Source: Balanoglossus misakiensis
Lineage: Eukaryota > Animalia > Hemichordata
Assembly: GCA_040954595.2 (NCBI GenBank)
Contig: CM082579.2
Coordinates: 2,782,345 to 2,846,344 of the forward strand
Reading direction: 5' to 3'
Length of the DNA: 64,000 nucleotides
Positions 13,010 through 26,407 of the stretch are shown one piece after another (positions within the stretch are counted from its first letter, which is position 1; each line of letters starts with the position of its first letter). Below the pieces are notes generated by a model that saw only the letters and a list, made by a program, of their open reading frames with translations, made no database searches and had not been told where the DNA came from. The translations under genes were made by a program, and so were the position numbers.

Positions 13010-13405
13010 TCTCTGGCCAATCGGCTTATGTATCGAGGCAAACCGTAGAATCACACTGCAAATAGTCGCCTAAAAAGAAAACGTGTTACAAACCACTCGT
13101 CAAACAAAGCCCTGTGTTTAAACTATCCACTGCGACCCTTCAGAGAACATTAAACCAATAGAAATTATCATAGTTACATATGCTCGGCGCCGGCCGCCAG
13201 TCCGTTAGATCTTCGCCCGGGGTTTGGATAACTGCTTCGGTGCGTAGACGGGGAAATGGTCAGACACGCCTCCGCCTCCAAGCGCAGTACCACCCCCAGA
13301 TTGCCGATCAGAAGCCTACCGACTGTCGACTCCGCTGATCAAAACTGAGGGCTGCATCTTCTCCTCTGAGCCAACAGTTGAGTCTGCTTCGGAAGTCCGC
13401 GGAAG
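13010..13405 (+). promoter_or_regulatory. Putative promoter and non-coding 5' exon of the RhoGEF gene
   Basis: CCAAT boxes at ~13017 and ~13155, a GC/CpG-rich stretch (ctcggcgccggccgcc) at ~13183-13198, and a strong donor GGAAG|GTGAGT after 13405. A strong acceptor before 22289 needs an upstream exon. The 5' boundary is uncertain. Confidence 0.5.
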
Positions 13406-16400
13406 GTGAGTAAATGGAGCGCTTCTTAGTGCCTTGTCTTTCCTAATTTATTATATATAGTGCTTAATTTAAAGTGCGTTGACGTTCGCACGCCAAGGTT
13501 TGGTAGAATCGACATTGCGAGAAAATCTTGGTCTTGATTTCATTCTGAGCCAGGATGCCGATTGGATGGTACTTTCATGCCCACAAAACGAACGACGGAG
13601 TTTGTTTTGTTCGTTCGTTCGGATATCGTCTGCACGATAGTTAAGACGGGCAGATGGTTGATGATTTGAACCGATTATCATAGTTTCTTGTTTTCATCAA
13701 CATAAATCTGAGATTAAATTCACGCCTATCGTCGAAAGCCTAACAAGCAATTAGAAGGCAGGTTGCCTTTCAGTTTAGCATGGGTCAAAATGATGTTTTC
13801 TTTAAGGATTTGAGCAAATATTCGGGTTACAGAGCCTGCGTACGACAGGCGATATTGACATGCCAGGGCAGACATTGCATAAGAACGTAAAGAGCGACAA
13901 TTAAGTTTTTATTGGTCTATGCTTTTTTATTGGACTTCGCGAGCACTTGATCTAAACGTTGTTTGTTTTCTGCAGCATTGCCCATCGTCTTTCGCGATAT
14001 CAGTTTCAGATGTAAAGGCACTCATTTCTACGAACCCCAAAGAAAGATAGCTATCGGTAGATTGTAAACAATCTCAGGTGAAATATTGGATCGCTCTTAG
14101 GTACCCATTTCTTGTTGCTATATAAACAATTGTCTTGAAACCTGTTCAATCGTCTTGGGAGGGTCTCTTTTTACAAATAAAAATGAGGGGAGATCGCATT
14201 CGTTTTATCCAACGGGTGATTACGGGGGCTCGTTTTTTACGCTACAGTACGACGTCAAATTCACCCCCGCCCTTCCCTGTGACATCTGTGTCAGAGAGAC
14301 AAGGAATTTTGCTTGCGACTGAGTTCCATAAAAACGAATAAACGCTTTGACGTTATATTGAGGGCGCTACAATTCCCCCATTTCTGTACACATGTGACCG
14401 ACCCACTTCAAACAACATGCGACTCCAGGTAATGTGAGCCCCTTTTTCTTTGTACGTCACCGGTGACACAAAAACTAGACCCTATTTACAGTCCAGTCAG
14501 GTACTTGTTCCATGTTAACCAAAGTCCAATTGCAAGAATGTTAGGCACGCTGTCCAATTGAAAGCACTTATAAAAACTCTTTGCCAAGCAATTAAAATTT
14601 AAATGAAAATTACCGGTCGGCTCGAATAGGTTGCGAGTCCTTGTAATTCCGAAAGAAATGAAACTTTGGCAAATAAAGAAACCACGTCGGCATGTTTGCT
14701 GTCAGCGGTCCTAGTGGTGGATTAGAGGTCGGCGTGATTCTCACAGGTGACGCCGGCCTCTATTTCTCTAATTGCGTAACCCTGGTGTCATCAATCGCGT
14801 AACAATACAACGGATGTGGTTTTGAAGCTGTTGTCCCACGCATATGGGATAATTTCTATACCATGACGTTTTTATCACTTGCTTTCAAGCGCTTCAATGT
14901 GCGCCGTTCAATGTGTGTCGATGCCCTCTCTCTCAGAATACCGCTACATGTCACTGTTGATAAGTTTCATCCCGTTAAGCAAACAGAAAGATTTTGGGTA
15001 CATGTACATGTACTGCCATACTTATTGTCCTCGAGTGGAAAGTATTTCATTTTGTCCATAGAAATGATTTTGAAATGTCAGCAATTGCGATCACCTGTAA
15101 ACATGGTAAAACAAAGAATACGACCATCCATGTTGCACGAACTCTAATTTCAAGAGCAGAAAAAAGGTACAAGACGCCGGGGCCCGCCGGGTGAGGGCGT
15201 TCACCTGTTGTGAATGTGCGTGGTCAAAGAAGCGTGTCTCCTTTCACTAATTAGCAGTAATTACACCACCTAGTCGTCGCCTAGACAATTGACTCGCCGT
15301 GCTAATGAAGATATGTCTATTTAATATAAAGTCTCATTAAAGCATGTACCCTCCAATGGTGCCACCGTTGTACGATGCCACTTTTCAATGGTGGGGGCTT
15401 TTTTTGCAATGGCACAATTGGGTTATTGGTCTCCCTCGGTGTATGTATGGGACAATACCTTACAATCACTTGTGTAGGTGTTTTTCATTGGCTAATAAAG
15501 GGTTTATTTCCAGAGTGTATCGGTTATAGGCAATTGGAATACGAAATGTGTTCCGCCACGTTGTTTTGTTGGAATCGTTTGGCCATCGACCTATGATGGG
15601 TACGGGTCACTACAGTTGACATGTGATATTTTGAACGCGGTTCACCTCATCCACCCCCAAGCTACTTGTTTACCCCCAAAGAAATAGATATTTCACACAT
15701 TTCGGTATTCGCAGTATTCTCCAAATATGCAAGAAATGCCCGGAGGTTTTACTTGAGAGGTCGTTGCGCCGTGGCAACTTGTAGTATTTCTGGTGTTCTG
15801 CGCTCTGACAACCTGAGTGTATAGGACTCACAACCCGTGTCTGTTCTGTGTGGGGGAATAGGCCGGTGGTTTTCTGTCAACATAGGGTGTCTGAATACAC
15901 GAGCCGGGCCATACCAAAGTCCATTTCCATTGTGGTATATGTTGCAAAGTCATTCATCAAGTACCAAAGCAAAGCAGGCGACCGTCGATTCCGTTCCGGC
16001 AAAGAAAGCGCCCTAAGCGGCCAATGAACGAACGGTTGGTGATAATTGGTCGAAGCGTGAGGGTCTTTGCCATGCCCCCCTTATTCTCCGCCACGCTCAA
16101 TCATCATCCACTGTCATATACTACCAGCCAGTGATTATCTTTGCTGATGTACTATTACACACTTTCCCGCTGCATTCTGGGACACACTAATTCCAACCAC
16201 AGTCAATACCTATAGTGAGTATACAACTGTCTACTTCGGGGATAACATGGTAAAGGTGCCTGATTCAATTAAGATAACACACAGGCGCAGACAATTTCAC
16301 TTATCCGTTGATTTGATCATTACATAGTGGCTACGTTCGCGGTGATTGGCCATCGACAGCTCTCTTCGAGGTAAGTCCACTCGATAAAGTTTTCGCTGCG

Positions 16401-19400
16401 TCTTGAGATTTTGTGCTCCACCCGGCGCGAGGCTTTAAAAGGCCACTCGGTGGACATCTGAAGGTGAAGTTGATTTAATTCCGGACAATGGTCTATCAGT
16501 GAGTCAATGGTTGCGTGTTCCTAGGTTTCCGTAGTCACCGTGTCACGAGAAGTTACAAAATCTACGACCATGTCGTCAAGTGTCCTGTCAACCGATTTTG
16601 TTTTGGTAAAATACATAAACAAGTCATGGAATAATAATGTTGGATGATAAATCAATTAAGGGGGGACTTTCATTGACGTATGTTTTATTAACTTTCTGAA
16701 CAGTTATATTCATGCCCGATGAATAATGTAGGAGAAATTGCCGAATGAATCGCACGTGGAATTTCGACTTTTTTAACGGACAGAAGGAGTCTTTTGGACT
16801 GCGCTTTGTGTAGTGATCAACAGGTGTTTACGAGTTGTTGGACGGTGAAGCTTTGAGCCAGACGTGTTGGTTAGTTTTCACTACAGCTATATAGCCGACA
16901 TTCCATCGCCCATTGTCTCCCTGATTGCCATTCTGTCGCCCAAGGACAGGTACGCTTATGCATTCATACCGGCGGCAGAGTCTAGTACACGCGTGGTATG
17001 GTCACAAAAAAAGTTGAACGGAGTGCGCCTAGTTCATCCGTGTCCGTCTTTTCATACAGATATGTCAGTTGGCTAATTCTGTCTCAAAGATATATGTTTC
17101 CTTATCGAAAGGCAGAGCGGGTGAAATAAATAAGCGTTTAACCCAAAGAGAACGTTTTAAAGAAAAAACATTTCAGAACATCCTGAAAAACAACGTCGAT
17201 GCAGAAATAACAGAAATCGGCAAAGTCGTCAACAAGTGGGTTATATTGTGTAATGCGGTCTGAGCGATGATAGGAAGTCGGTGTATCCGACACAGAGTGG
17301 GATTGTTGTCGTCTGAATAGATTTCTTTTTAGTGTAGATTTTACACCTGATTGAATACGGGATAGAAACACATACTACAAAATTGAACATGCGTAGCGGA
17401 AGGAACTGAACGGAGACTGAACTCCCATGATAACCGCACGAAACGTGGTGAAGAAATGCGACTGCCAGCGCATCACAATATCGGTTTTATAATACGTATT
17501 CCCTGTTATTAGCATGGTTAACGGCGAATCATAAAAGCTCGATTGGTCTGTATTATTTGCGTGATTTCGGGTGAAAGCAATCCGATTTTAACATTAGTGA
17601 GTGGCTTTGTCCGTTAAAATAACTCAAGCAACGCCGACCGTAGCTGCAGTCACTGTTAACTGGATTTGGTGTCTCCTACCTTTACAAAAGCCCAAATCTG
17701 ATGATTACGTATACAAGCGTTTACAAGTCAATTTTGTTACTAAACAAAAGGGGAGGGTTGTCGAGAAATCTCGCCCCTCCGAGGCTGGTTTTGATGTCTA
17801 TTGTTTCGACAAATGAAAATCCTCATGTTGCCTGGTCGATCCGCTCCGTCATTGAAATCGACAGACTAATTAAAACCCGATGAGCGTTTAACGTAAACAA
17901 GGCTCAGTGCAACCATGTCGTGTTCCTTTCAGATCAGTACAAACAACGGGGATGGGAGAATAAATTAGCGTTTCAGATCAGTCTCTCTGGTGTATCTTGT
18001 CCGTCGATAAATAAATACTGGGCATTTAGGGCATTGAAATCCATATAGTTGGCTAATAAAGTAACGAATTTCATCGTTTCAGTAGAGTAAAATTATGGTA
18101 AACTTCGTTAGGGGAAATATCACCAGTGACTCTATAGAGTGCGAGCGAATGATAAAAGCAAAAACTTTCTTAGGTTACTTTGATATGTAATCATGGTGAA
18201 AAAGCCCCCTTCTCGAAACGCACAAACGCCCAATGTAAGAGATAACCTGAAGCGGTAAACACGAAATGGGTTAGACATTAACAGTTACCTGACGAACACG
18301 AGAGACATGGGGGACAGACAGACAGACCCACACGTGATGCAGACTAGAGCGACAGACAGTCCTGACAGACAGAAGTGGCGCGTCGTCCTATTCCACTTGA
18401 CGATGACATCATTTGTCAAGATAGGCTAGTTTAGTTGTGTGTATGAAACTGTCTTTTAGATGAGATACGCCATATATGCATTGTCTTAACTTTTGTCGAT
18501 TGATCTTGTCAATTTAATTTTAATTAATATTGTTGTTTGTGAGGATATGAATCAGATTTTGCAGATTTTTATGGAAAGCTTGGAAATTGTACATGTGTGT
18601 GTTATACTAGTATGTTTAATATGTTAAACTCGTATCCTCTACATAAACATTTTCAGTCTTTTAACACCTATGCCTAATGAATAATTTCACGCAGTTATCA
18701 AAACGTTGATGACCGTCATTACAGAATCAATTACTATAATCAGAAAATAATGTTAAACATTTTAAGAATCTGGCAAAGCGGTTGTTCTGGTTAATTTATC
18801 ATTTTGATAAGGATAGCTGTCAGATAAGGATTATCGGGATTACCAGCTACTAAACGCGCGCGCCTTATTAGATCTAAACGGTTTATCCTGACAACGGCAT
18901 ACCTGTCGTCTCAGTTTCAAGGCAGGTTTTGCTTTGCGGTTTTGTATGAAATTCTAGGTACGAATGTCATTGTGTCATAACGTTTTGTTTAAAACCAAAT
19001 GCTATCGAAATTTATCGATTATTGTTCAAGTTCAGGGAGAGACATATGGCTGTTTGCCAAAAGAGTTATACCGGAAACGAAACTTCTCAGTTTTCACTGG
19101 AAATTTACCAATTGCTGACTTCCCGGATTGCGTGAAACCTTTTCACTGGAAAAAAATCAACTATCCTTTGTGTCAACATTGTCAAGTCTATGGTACAAAA
19201 GGTGGCATAAGTTTTGGGACGTATTATTGTAAAAAATGTTTGGGCTTTCGTTTTTTCTTCACTTTTCTGTATAATCTGCCCCTGGGGGCGTCTATCAACA
19301 ACAATGGTCATTGTCGTTTGAGGAGAGTATGCGCGAATCGGTTACACTGTAAGATTCGAAAGGCATAGAAAACGGTATGAACATAAAAGGAACTTGCTAA

Positions 19401-21659
19401 ACTATAACTTGAAACATATAAAATCGAAAATCATATTTACAGCTGTGCGGATGCTCGATGCCAACAGTTTTTAGAAGCGCTGTCGCAAATGCAAGAGCAC
19501 TCTGTCGCTGGAGACCATCCGATGACGGTACTGTTACAATTTACAATAGCCGGGAGCTTAGCTGCTCTCAGGTGACCGAAACGAAAGAAAACAAAACAAA
19601 ACAAACACAACACAACACACACAGACGCCCAGGAAGACACAATAAAAACGAAAGACAGAAAAGAAGGAGAGATAATCGTACTGGATATTCAAATTTGGAT
19701 GCCCGTTTTTTTTGTTTTTCTCTCGCGCTCATTCAAGTGTACACTGACGAGTTATTGGAGACTTGCCACCGCGACTGGTCTTTGATGCGCCGTGTATCTC
19801 GTGTCCACTTATAAAGTTGTCTTTTGTTTTCTCTCGTCGTTACATCTACAAGAATCCCTCTCGATTATCTCAACCAACTTGCTTCCAGTAGTCAGGCATG
19901 CGTCAAACGATTCGCTGATAAATCATTCCTGTTTGTGAAGAAAGAAAGGCAGAAATTCGCCAAGATGGCCACTTAATTTGCCCCCGTAATCAACCCTGTA
20001 AACACACAGGGAGGACACTTTTACAATAAATAAAAAGAAAAAGTCGTCCGAGTCCATTGACCATCGCGACTTCGTCTGCATTGCCGTCTGGTCACGTGAT
20101 TTAAACGCAAGGAATTCGTGCATGCTTGATTGGGAAGTCTTCAGTCGGGAACATTAAAAACGAGGTCGCCGAATTAAGTGGGGGCTGGGTCCTGGTAATA
20201 GGGTGCTATTTAGCGTTGTTAGAGATGTGTAGACAGCGTGAAATAGAAGTCTGGATCTCACCAGTCATCGCCAATTCTTCGCTGCTGCCTGTAGTGTTCC
20301 CATCAACGCTCGCTATGCTAATTGTCGGATGGTGGCATTCGGCCAATCGACGAGCTTTTGCCGTGAGCACCAAAGTCTCTAAAGTTACTGTAAAAAGTGT
20401 GTTGTTAAGGAGATGTCGGTTGTTATGACGGGGTGGGCCAATAACACCATAGTATATGCCTACACCATAAGCAAATGCTAATATGCACACAATTCTTCTC
20501 AACGTATACAAGGGATAAGCCAATTTCGGGCAAGGTCTTGTGTCTGGTAGCTGTATTGCTAGTTGCGTGGCGTTTATAAAACACTGCTGACCACCAACGA
20601 TGCGTGCGCATTCCATCGACTGGGTTTAGGAATATATTTTGTTAACAAAGTGGGTTTAGGGGTAATTATCGTATTGTCGAAACCTTTTAGGCCGTGTTTA
20701 TAAACACCTCCGCCCTCGCCATATTGTGGTGGCTTGTTCGTTTTTGACCGTAATAAAGGCCAAGACACTTTACAACGTGTACACCAGTGGCGCTACAATG
20801 TACAAATTACATGGTGTGTTGGTGGAAATATGGGACACACTTGTGCCTTCGTGTGCAGTGTTTTGCCAAAGTCGCCACCCTTCGACGCTGTTTTCGTTTC
20901 TTGTGTATATGCTATCTGCGTTGTTCATCTGGACTTTTGTCCGAAGGACAACATCCGACATTCTTGCCTGCGACAAGGAACAGTCTTCTGTCAGGTCAGC
21001 ATACATTCGTCCACCTTACTTGGCTATTTTCACTCATCTCACCACATCTTTGCCTTCGTATTAGCGCCCTCTTCGGCGTTTGTTGGTTGTCTTGTGCGCG
21101 GCGCACAGTGGAGAGCTAGAGGGCTATGGAAGTGACGTAAGAGATTTTATTGGAATCGCTACTTCTGTAAACTTTGACCAAGTGGATATCTGCGAGCCAT
21201 TACCTTGTTATATAATTGCATATTTGTGTAAAATGCACGTGACAGCAGGTTTTATTTGGTATTTTCCACAAATCTTGTGATTGCACGAGTCATTTGAGTT
21301 TAGCGACATATTTCTAGCAATATTGTCATTCGAAACGAAACGGCCAGCCAGCCTGAGTCTGTCTGTCTGCAAAGAAGTGAAAAACATCTTTGGGCTATAG
21401 GAAAGGTGGTCCCAGGGACGGTAGCATGAAGTTTTATGAGTGCACGGACTTATATGAATTATCCTATGGAATTCGGACAATTCCAACAATGCCTACTGTG
21501 GGTTTTATTCAAGACGATATTCTTACTTCGGGTGGCGTTTCCGTTATTAGAATCTGTTCCGATAAGTTCGTTAACTCCAGTTTCACTCCTAATTATCTCA
21601 AATTTTCTTCTTCTAATAACCTGAGTGTTTGGAAATATTTTAGTGGCTCGATCAAAAAT

Positions 21660-21812
21660 AAGACATATAACAAAAAACAAAAATAAACCACATAAAAATA
21701 ATCCAATCAAATAAAGCAAAACAATCCCATACCGAAGCATGAAAGCAAGCAAGTAAACAAAAAGAAAACATATAGACAAACAAACAAAAACAACCTAACC
21801 AACCAATAACAC
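21660..21812. repeat. A-rich low-complexity tract (degenerate AAAC/AAAT)
   Basis: Directly visible composition bias. A smaller similar tract lies at 19583-19622. Confidence 0.7.
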
Positions 21813-22288
21813 ATATACCCCTTGGACTCTTACAATTAATAAAATATTTCTTTCTGTGTGTATATAGATGCAGCCGTTTAGTTCTCCCCCAGAGTGATTA
21901 TATTCTAGCAAACGCGTATTGTCTTACAAACATCCAGTGGATTTCATTCATCATGTATCTGTAATGATTCCTGATATCAAAAGTTTTTGCAGATGATAAC
22001 TCGTTAATTAACACATATTTGAAACGTTACTCCTCCTGCCTGCGAATAGAATCCGTGACTTGGTCAAACTATTTCCGACGGAGTGCGTGAAGTCACGTGA
22101 CGCAAAGTACCCCCTGTCGCGGATGTACACAGCAACATTGATGATTTATGACAAATGTATTTGCTGCGGCTATTTTGGGAGATAGTGGTCTTAGTCGTTG
22201 ACTCGCATTTGGCTTCGTAGTTTAGCTTTGCGTTGATGTCCACGCCAAACTCTGCCTGTTCTCACGGCGTTCTGTGTTCCTTTTGCAG

Positions 22289-22753
22289 GGCGCTATTTGC
22301 ATAACAAAGTGGCCATTCTCACCCCAACAAAGTCGATCAAGTGTGATAAATACACAAAAGACCAATTTGCGAGTCTCGTCGCCTGTTGCCCAGTCCAACT
22401 TCCAGTGCTCACCGCCAGTCCTCTCAAGCCAGACCGTGTCATGAACTCCTCCATGGCGTTTCCAGCCGGATAGTTCACCGGAGTACGGGAAGAACGGACG
22501 ATAGATGACACCAAGTTTCTGCTGTATTATTTTTGAATTCAGAATGTGGCCGGACGCACCGTGAATTTTGATTTGTGTAATACACCGTGGGAATGTGTGT
22601 GAGGCCTGACCTGGGCCTGGACAAACCCTATCTGACAGCGATATCGCTATGTCAAGAGACTTGCATTGAGCACCGTGAGTAACTCAGTCAGGAATACCCG
22701 CGTAGTACAATATAAATGTCTATAAAATCTGGCAGCGTTCTGGGTCAATTGAG
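22289..22753 (+). other. Probable 5' UTR portion of the giant RhoGEF exon
   Basis: Acceptor ttctgtgttccttttgcag| before 22289. In-frame TAG at 22703-22705 upstream of the ATG at 22754. Confidence 0.55.
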
Positions 22754-25700
22754 ATGACGGATAGGACACCCGGAAGACAGGAGAAGCAAGGCGACGACAT
22801 CGTTGGCCGACGTCTGAGCGGCAGTGCGGCGAAATATACCGTGAGTCGGGGACAGATTGCCAGCGTTTCACCGGTGAGTAGGTCAGAACTGTCGCGAGTT
22901 TCCCAAGTTGACACGTATGCGAGGCGGCGGTACGAATCTCCGCCGCGCAGGGAAGAAATCAGTGCTTACTCGGGAGCTAATGTGTGTAGTACTAGCAGCG
23001 GTATTACTTACGCGATCTCAGGTGACTCTACTGTAACCAGTGGTTTGCCATATCACACTTACAGCTACAACGTCGGATCGTACGGTCGACCTATTACGCC
23101 AGAGGCATCGGAACAGCTTACAAAGACAGACCCGACCTCGATTAATGTGTTGTACGATGACGTTTTCGAGAGAGATCGTACATCAGCGGTAGCCGCCAGT
23201 CTTAGACAGCAAGAACAATTTCACGGAAGGGAAACAAACACTGAGCAGACCGCATACTCAGCAATAAGCCAACATGGCGACTTGAGCAAGCGGCAACAGG
23301 GAGGAGATCGCCAGGGTCCTTTTATTCAAAGACAACACCGATCTGCTAATGATGTGTGCGATTTTGGTTATCCCAGCGATTTTCACCGATCACAGGGAGT
23401 GTATTTCACCGGTGGCGAGCCTTGTCACGGCGAATATGAAGCCCAGAGAAAAGGTCGGAGCGAGGCAGGGCAGAGTCCAAGGTTGTATCATACAACTCAG
23501 CCGAGCCTACATACATTAGAAGCAAATAGGCAAGGCGAGCAGGGTAGCCTGTACATGAACAGAACAAACACGGGACCGTACAGCCAGCATAGTTTCCCAT
23601 TATCCCAGGATTTAGCGCAACCCAATCAACACACCGCAATTCCAGTCACTGCTGCTGTTGTGAGTATGTCAGAAAACAAATCTGAGAGATCTGTAAGTCC
23701 TACCCCTTCACAGTCAAGACGACCAAGCTACTTAGTAGAGAGGGAGCTGGGTCTGCAACATTTGCAGGAAACATTCCATGGTAACACCGGTGTCAGCAGT
23801 ACAGTTTCTAATGAGCCAAACAAACAAAGTCAACTACAGGAAACTGATAAAACAAACACCTATGGTATGTCTCAACAGACAAGATACATGGACGAAAGAG
23901 ATATGTCCAGGACTTACGCTGCTGCACCACCCAGAACTGAGCTGGATGACCGTAATAGAGAAATGTCAGGACAACAGTATTATGGCGATACAAGTATGCC
24001 GGAATATCTCCTGTCTGCGACAACGAGAACACCATTTGCGGAGCAGCCCGCGGCGCTCAAGGAAAGTACAACTTCTGTGCAGACGGAAGCGAAGGATATC
24101 ACGGTTCAGAAGCCTTTAATTGAGGCAAATGTCAAGCAGTATTTGGACAAATCGGTTCCTGTTCAGTATTCCTCTGATACAAACATAAAACTTGATGGCC
24201 AAGGAAGGAAACCATTTCACAGACAGGAAGGCATGTACAGGGAAAATACTGAACCAATTCAAGGAGTGAAGGACACTGGAAAAGGACGAGCCCCTAAGGA
24301 TGCCCCAAACAGACCTACTTATTTGGGCATTATAGACGGGCAGCTGCCTGCTAAACCACACCTAAAGAAAGTAAAAATCCAAAAACAGACCCTGGCTTCG
24401 TTCAGCGACATGACTCCTACTAGTTCGCGCAGGGGAAGTTTTTCTAGTGTTGTTAGTTCGGATTTCGGTCGAGAATCAGAGCTTGACTTGGACGAGAGCT
24501 TTCGCAGTCAGACAAGTATGGATAACGTCGCTGCCAGGCTAAGTCAACAAGACAGCCAGTCTGAACAGCTGTGCTATCAGACAAGTCCAAGGCCTGGTGT
24601 ACAGTCAAGACTGCTCTCTGGTCAGTCCACTTTCAGACCAATTGAGGATGCTAATTCAGTGATTGTGCAAACTGATGAGGGCTTGTTTACATACAGAGAT
24701 CATGAACAAAACAGTAAATCAAATAGACGGGAATCGGATAGTCCAAAGACGACAATGGAGCAGTTAAATGTGAGTCCAACTTTTCAGTTGAGAACTAACT
24801 ATGACCGCTTTAAGTTCAGGCCGCAGTTCCAGCGGCCGATGTCGCCATCGTCTTCATCGTCGCAGCAGAGCAGCCCCAAAAGGTCACCGTCGGATCCAAT
24901 ATCGGTGTCGGGAAGGAGCACCACTGTTTCTCCAGTGGACAGACTGAGGGAATTAACCAAAAACATGCGCGCCAGATCAATACCTGGTTTGCAGCAGGAA
25001 GGTGTCGCAGCAGGCCCGGTAACAGACAGTGTTCAAACGGCCCCTGCAGTTATGGAAAGGGCCCCACCACAAATCGACAGCAAGGGGGACGAAGATGAAG
25101 GAATTGGAGGGGAACAGACAGAGCCTTTTGAACATACGTTTCTACGGCTACCGAATTTGAATTACGCCGGTGATGTGACTAAATCGTTGGATTCGGAGCG
25201 GTCTGACAGTCCGTCAAGGGAAGTCAGCCCGAAACGGCTTCTGCCGGGAAAGTACCGTTCGTACAATAGAAAAGTTGACTTGACCGCTGATTCCGTGAGT
25301 ACAACCGTGATTGGCACAGATCCGGCACTACCAACAAGAACTAGGCGGAAAAATGGTAGTGGTCACCAGCAAAACAGTGACGCTGTCGCCGGTACCAATA
25401 GCGGATCCAACGGTAGGTCTCGTAGCGATCCAACGCAAGACCGCAAACGAATCCCATCCGAAGAAACCGATAATGGATCTCGCGATAGTAATCTTTTGAT
25501 TTCATTGAATGTGAATGGCAGCAAATTGCAAATGCAAGAGCCAGAGCGGCCCATTAGCTATGGTAGCGACCTGTCCATTGCTTCTTTAGGGTCGGAAGAC
25601 CTTAGCTATTCCAAAGTTTATGAAGATGTGGTCAGTAAACCAACAGGTGTCGATCAAATTTCAGATCTGCCTGAAATCCGCAATGGAAAGGGAAGCAAGA

Positions 25701-26407
25701 AAAAACAGCCCAAGTCGTGGACGTGGCCCAACGGCGATCCCTCACAAAGTGATTTCATCCCAGTTTCGGGGACTAGACAAACTATACAGACCGCGCTGAG
25801 CGAGCCGGCAATCCCGGAAGTAGACCAGGAGGATGACACGGATGATGCTATCACCGTGGCTACCGCGTTCAAGAGAGTGGAATGTGGAAGTGGGTATGAG
25901 ATGCAAACGACCGAACTGCAACCGTTAACCATAGACGAAGAGAGAGATGTGTTGGAAATAAAGGAGCTAGACATTTCGATTCCACTGCCACCGACAAAAA
26001 CGGCCACGGAGAAGCGGAAAGAGCGTCTCCGCAAGTCGAAAAGCGAGGACCGAGAAGCGATTGACAGTAAAGCGCCTCTCGGCGACGAGGGCAAAACGAG
26101 CGAAAAGCCGGCGGTCTCTCACCAGAGGTCAGCGTCCGCCCCGGACACGCCGAACACTCTCCTCAAAGGGAATCAAACAGTGGTCAAGAAACGTGTGCGC
26201 GACCTTCAACTTCAACTGCCTGGTGGACTGACTGGGAGTCTAAATGTGCCTAAAACCAAACCCTCTCCCGTTATCGGGTCGACTTTGTCGGTGACTGAAC
26301 CGTTGCCTGTGAAATCAATAAGTATTCGAAAGTCTGCTACACTGCCCAGAACTCTTAGTCCTAAAAAGGAGACCACTGTCAAGACCAAGAAAGAGAAAGA
26401 ACACGAC
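22754..26407 (+). CDS. ARHGEF17: Giant first coding exon (1218 codons) of a Rho guanine nucleotide exchange factor, ARHGEF17/TEM4-like; encodes the S/T/Q/P/R-rich disordered N-terminus
   Basis: 3654-nt uninterrupted ORF of low-complexity composition. Donor GAC|GTAAGT after 26407, phase 0, which joins in frame to the DH-domain exon at 59199. A giant N-terminal exon, long intron and short exon starting the DH domain matches my recollection of vertebrate ARHGEF17. The symbol rests on the downstream exon and this architecture, not on similarity of this exon itself. Confidence 0.82.

Noticed and set aside
20126-21135. Dense set of overlapping 60-136 aa ORFs and a doubled GGGTTTAGG motif
   Set aside because: No transposase, RT or other recognisable motif, no terminal inverted repeats found, and only two copies of the motif, so not a telomeric array.
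25654-26094. 146-aa antisense ORF inside the giant exon
   Set aside because: Typical antisense shadow of a Ser/Asp/Glu-rich coding frame.
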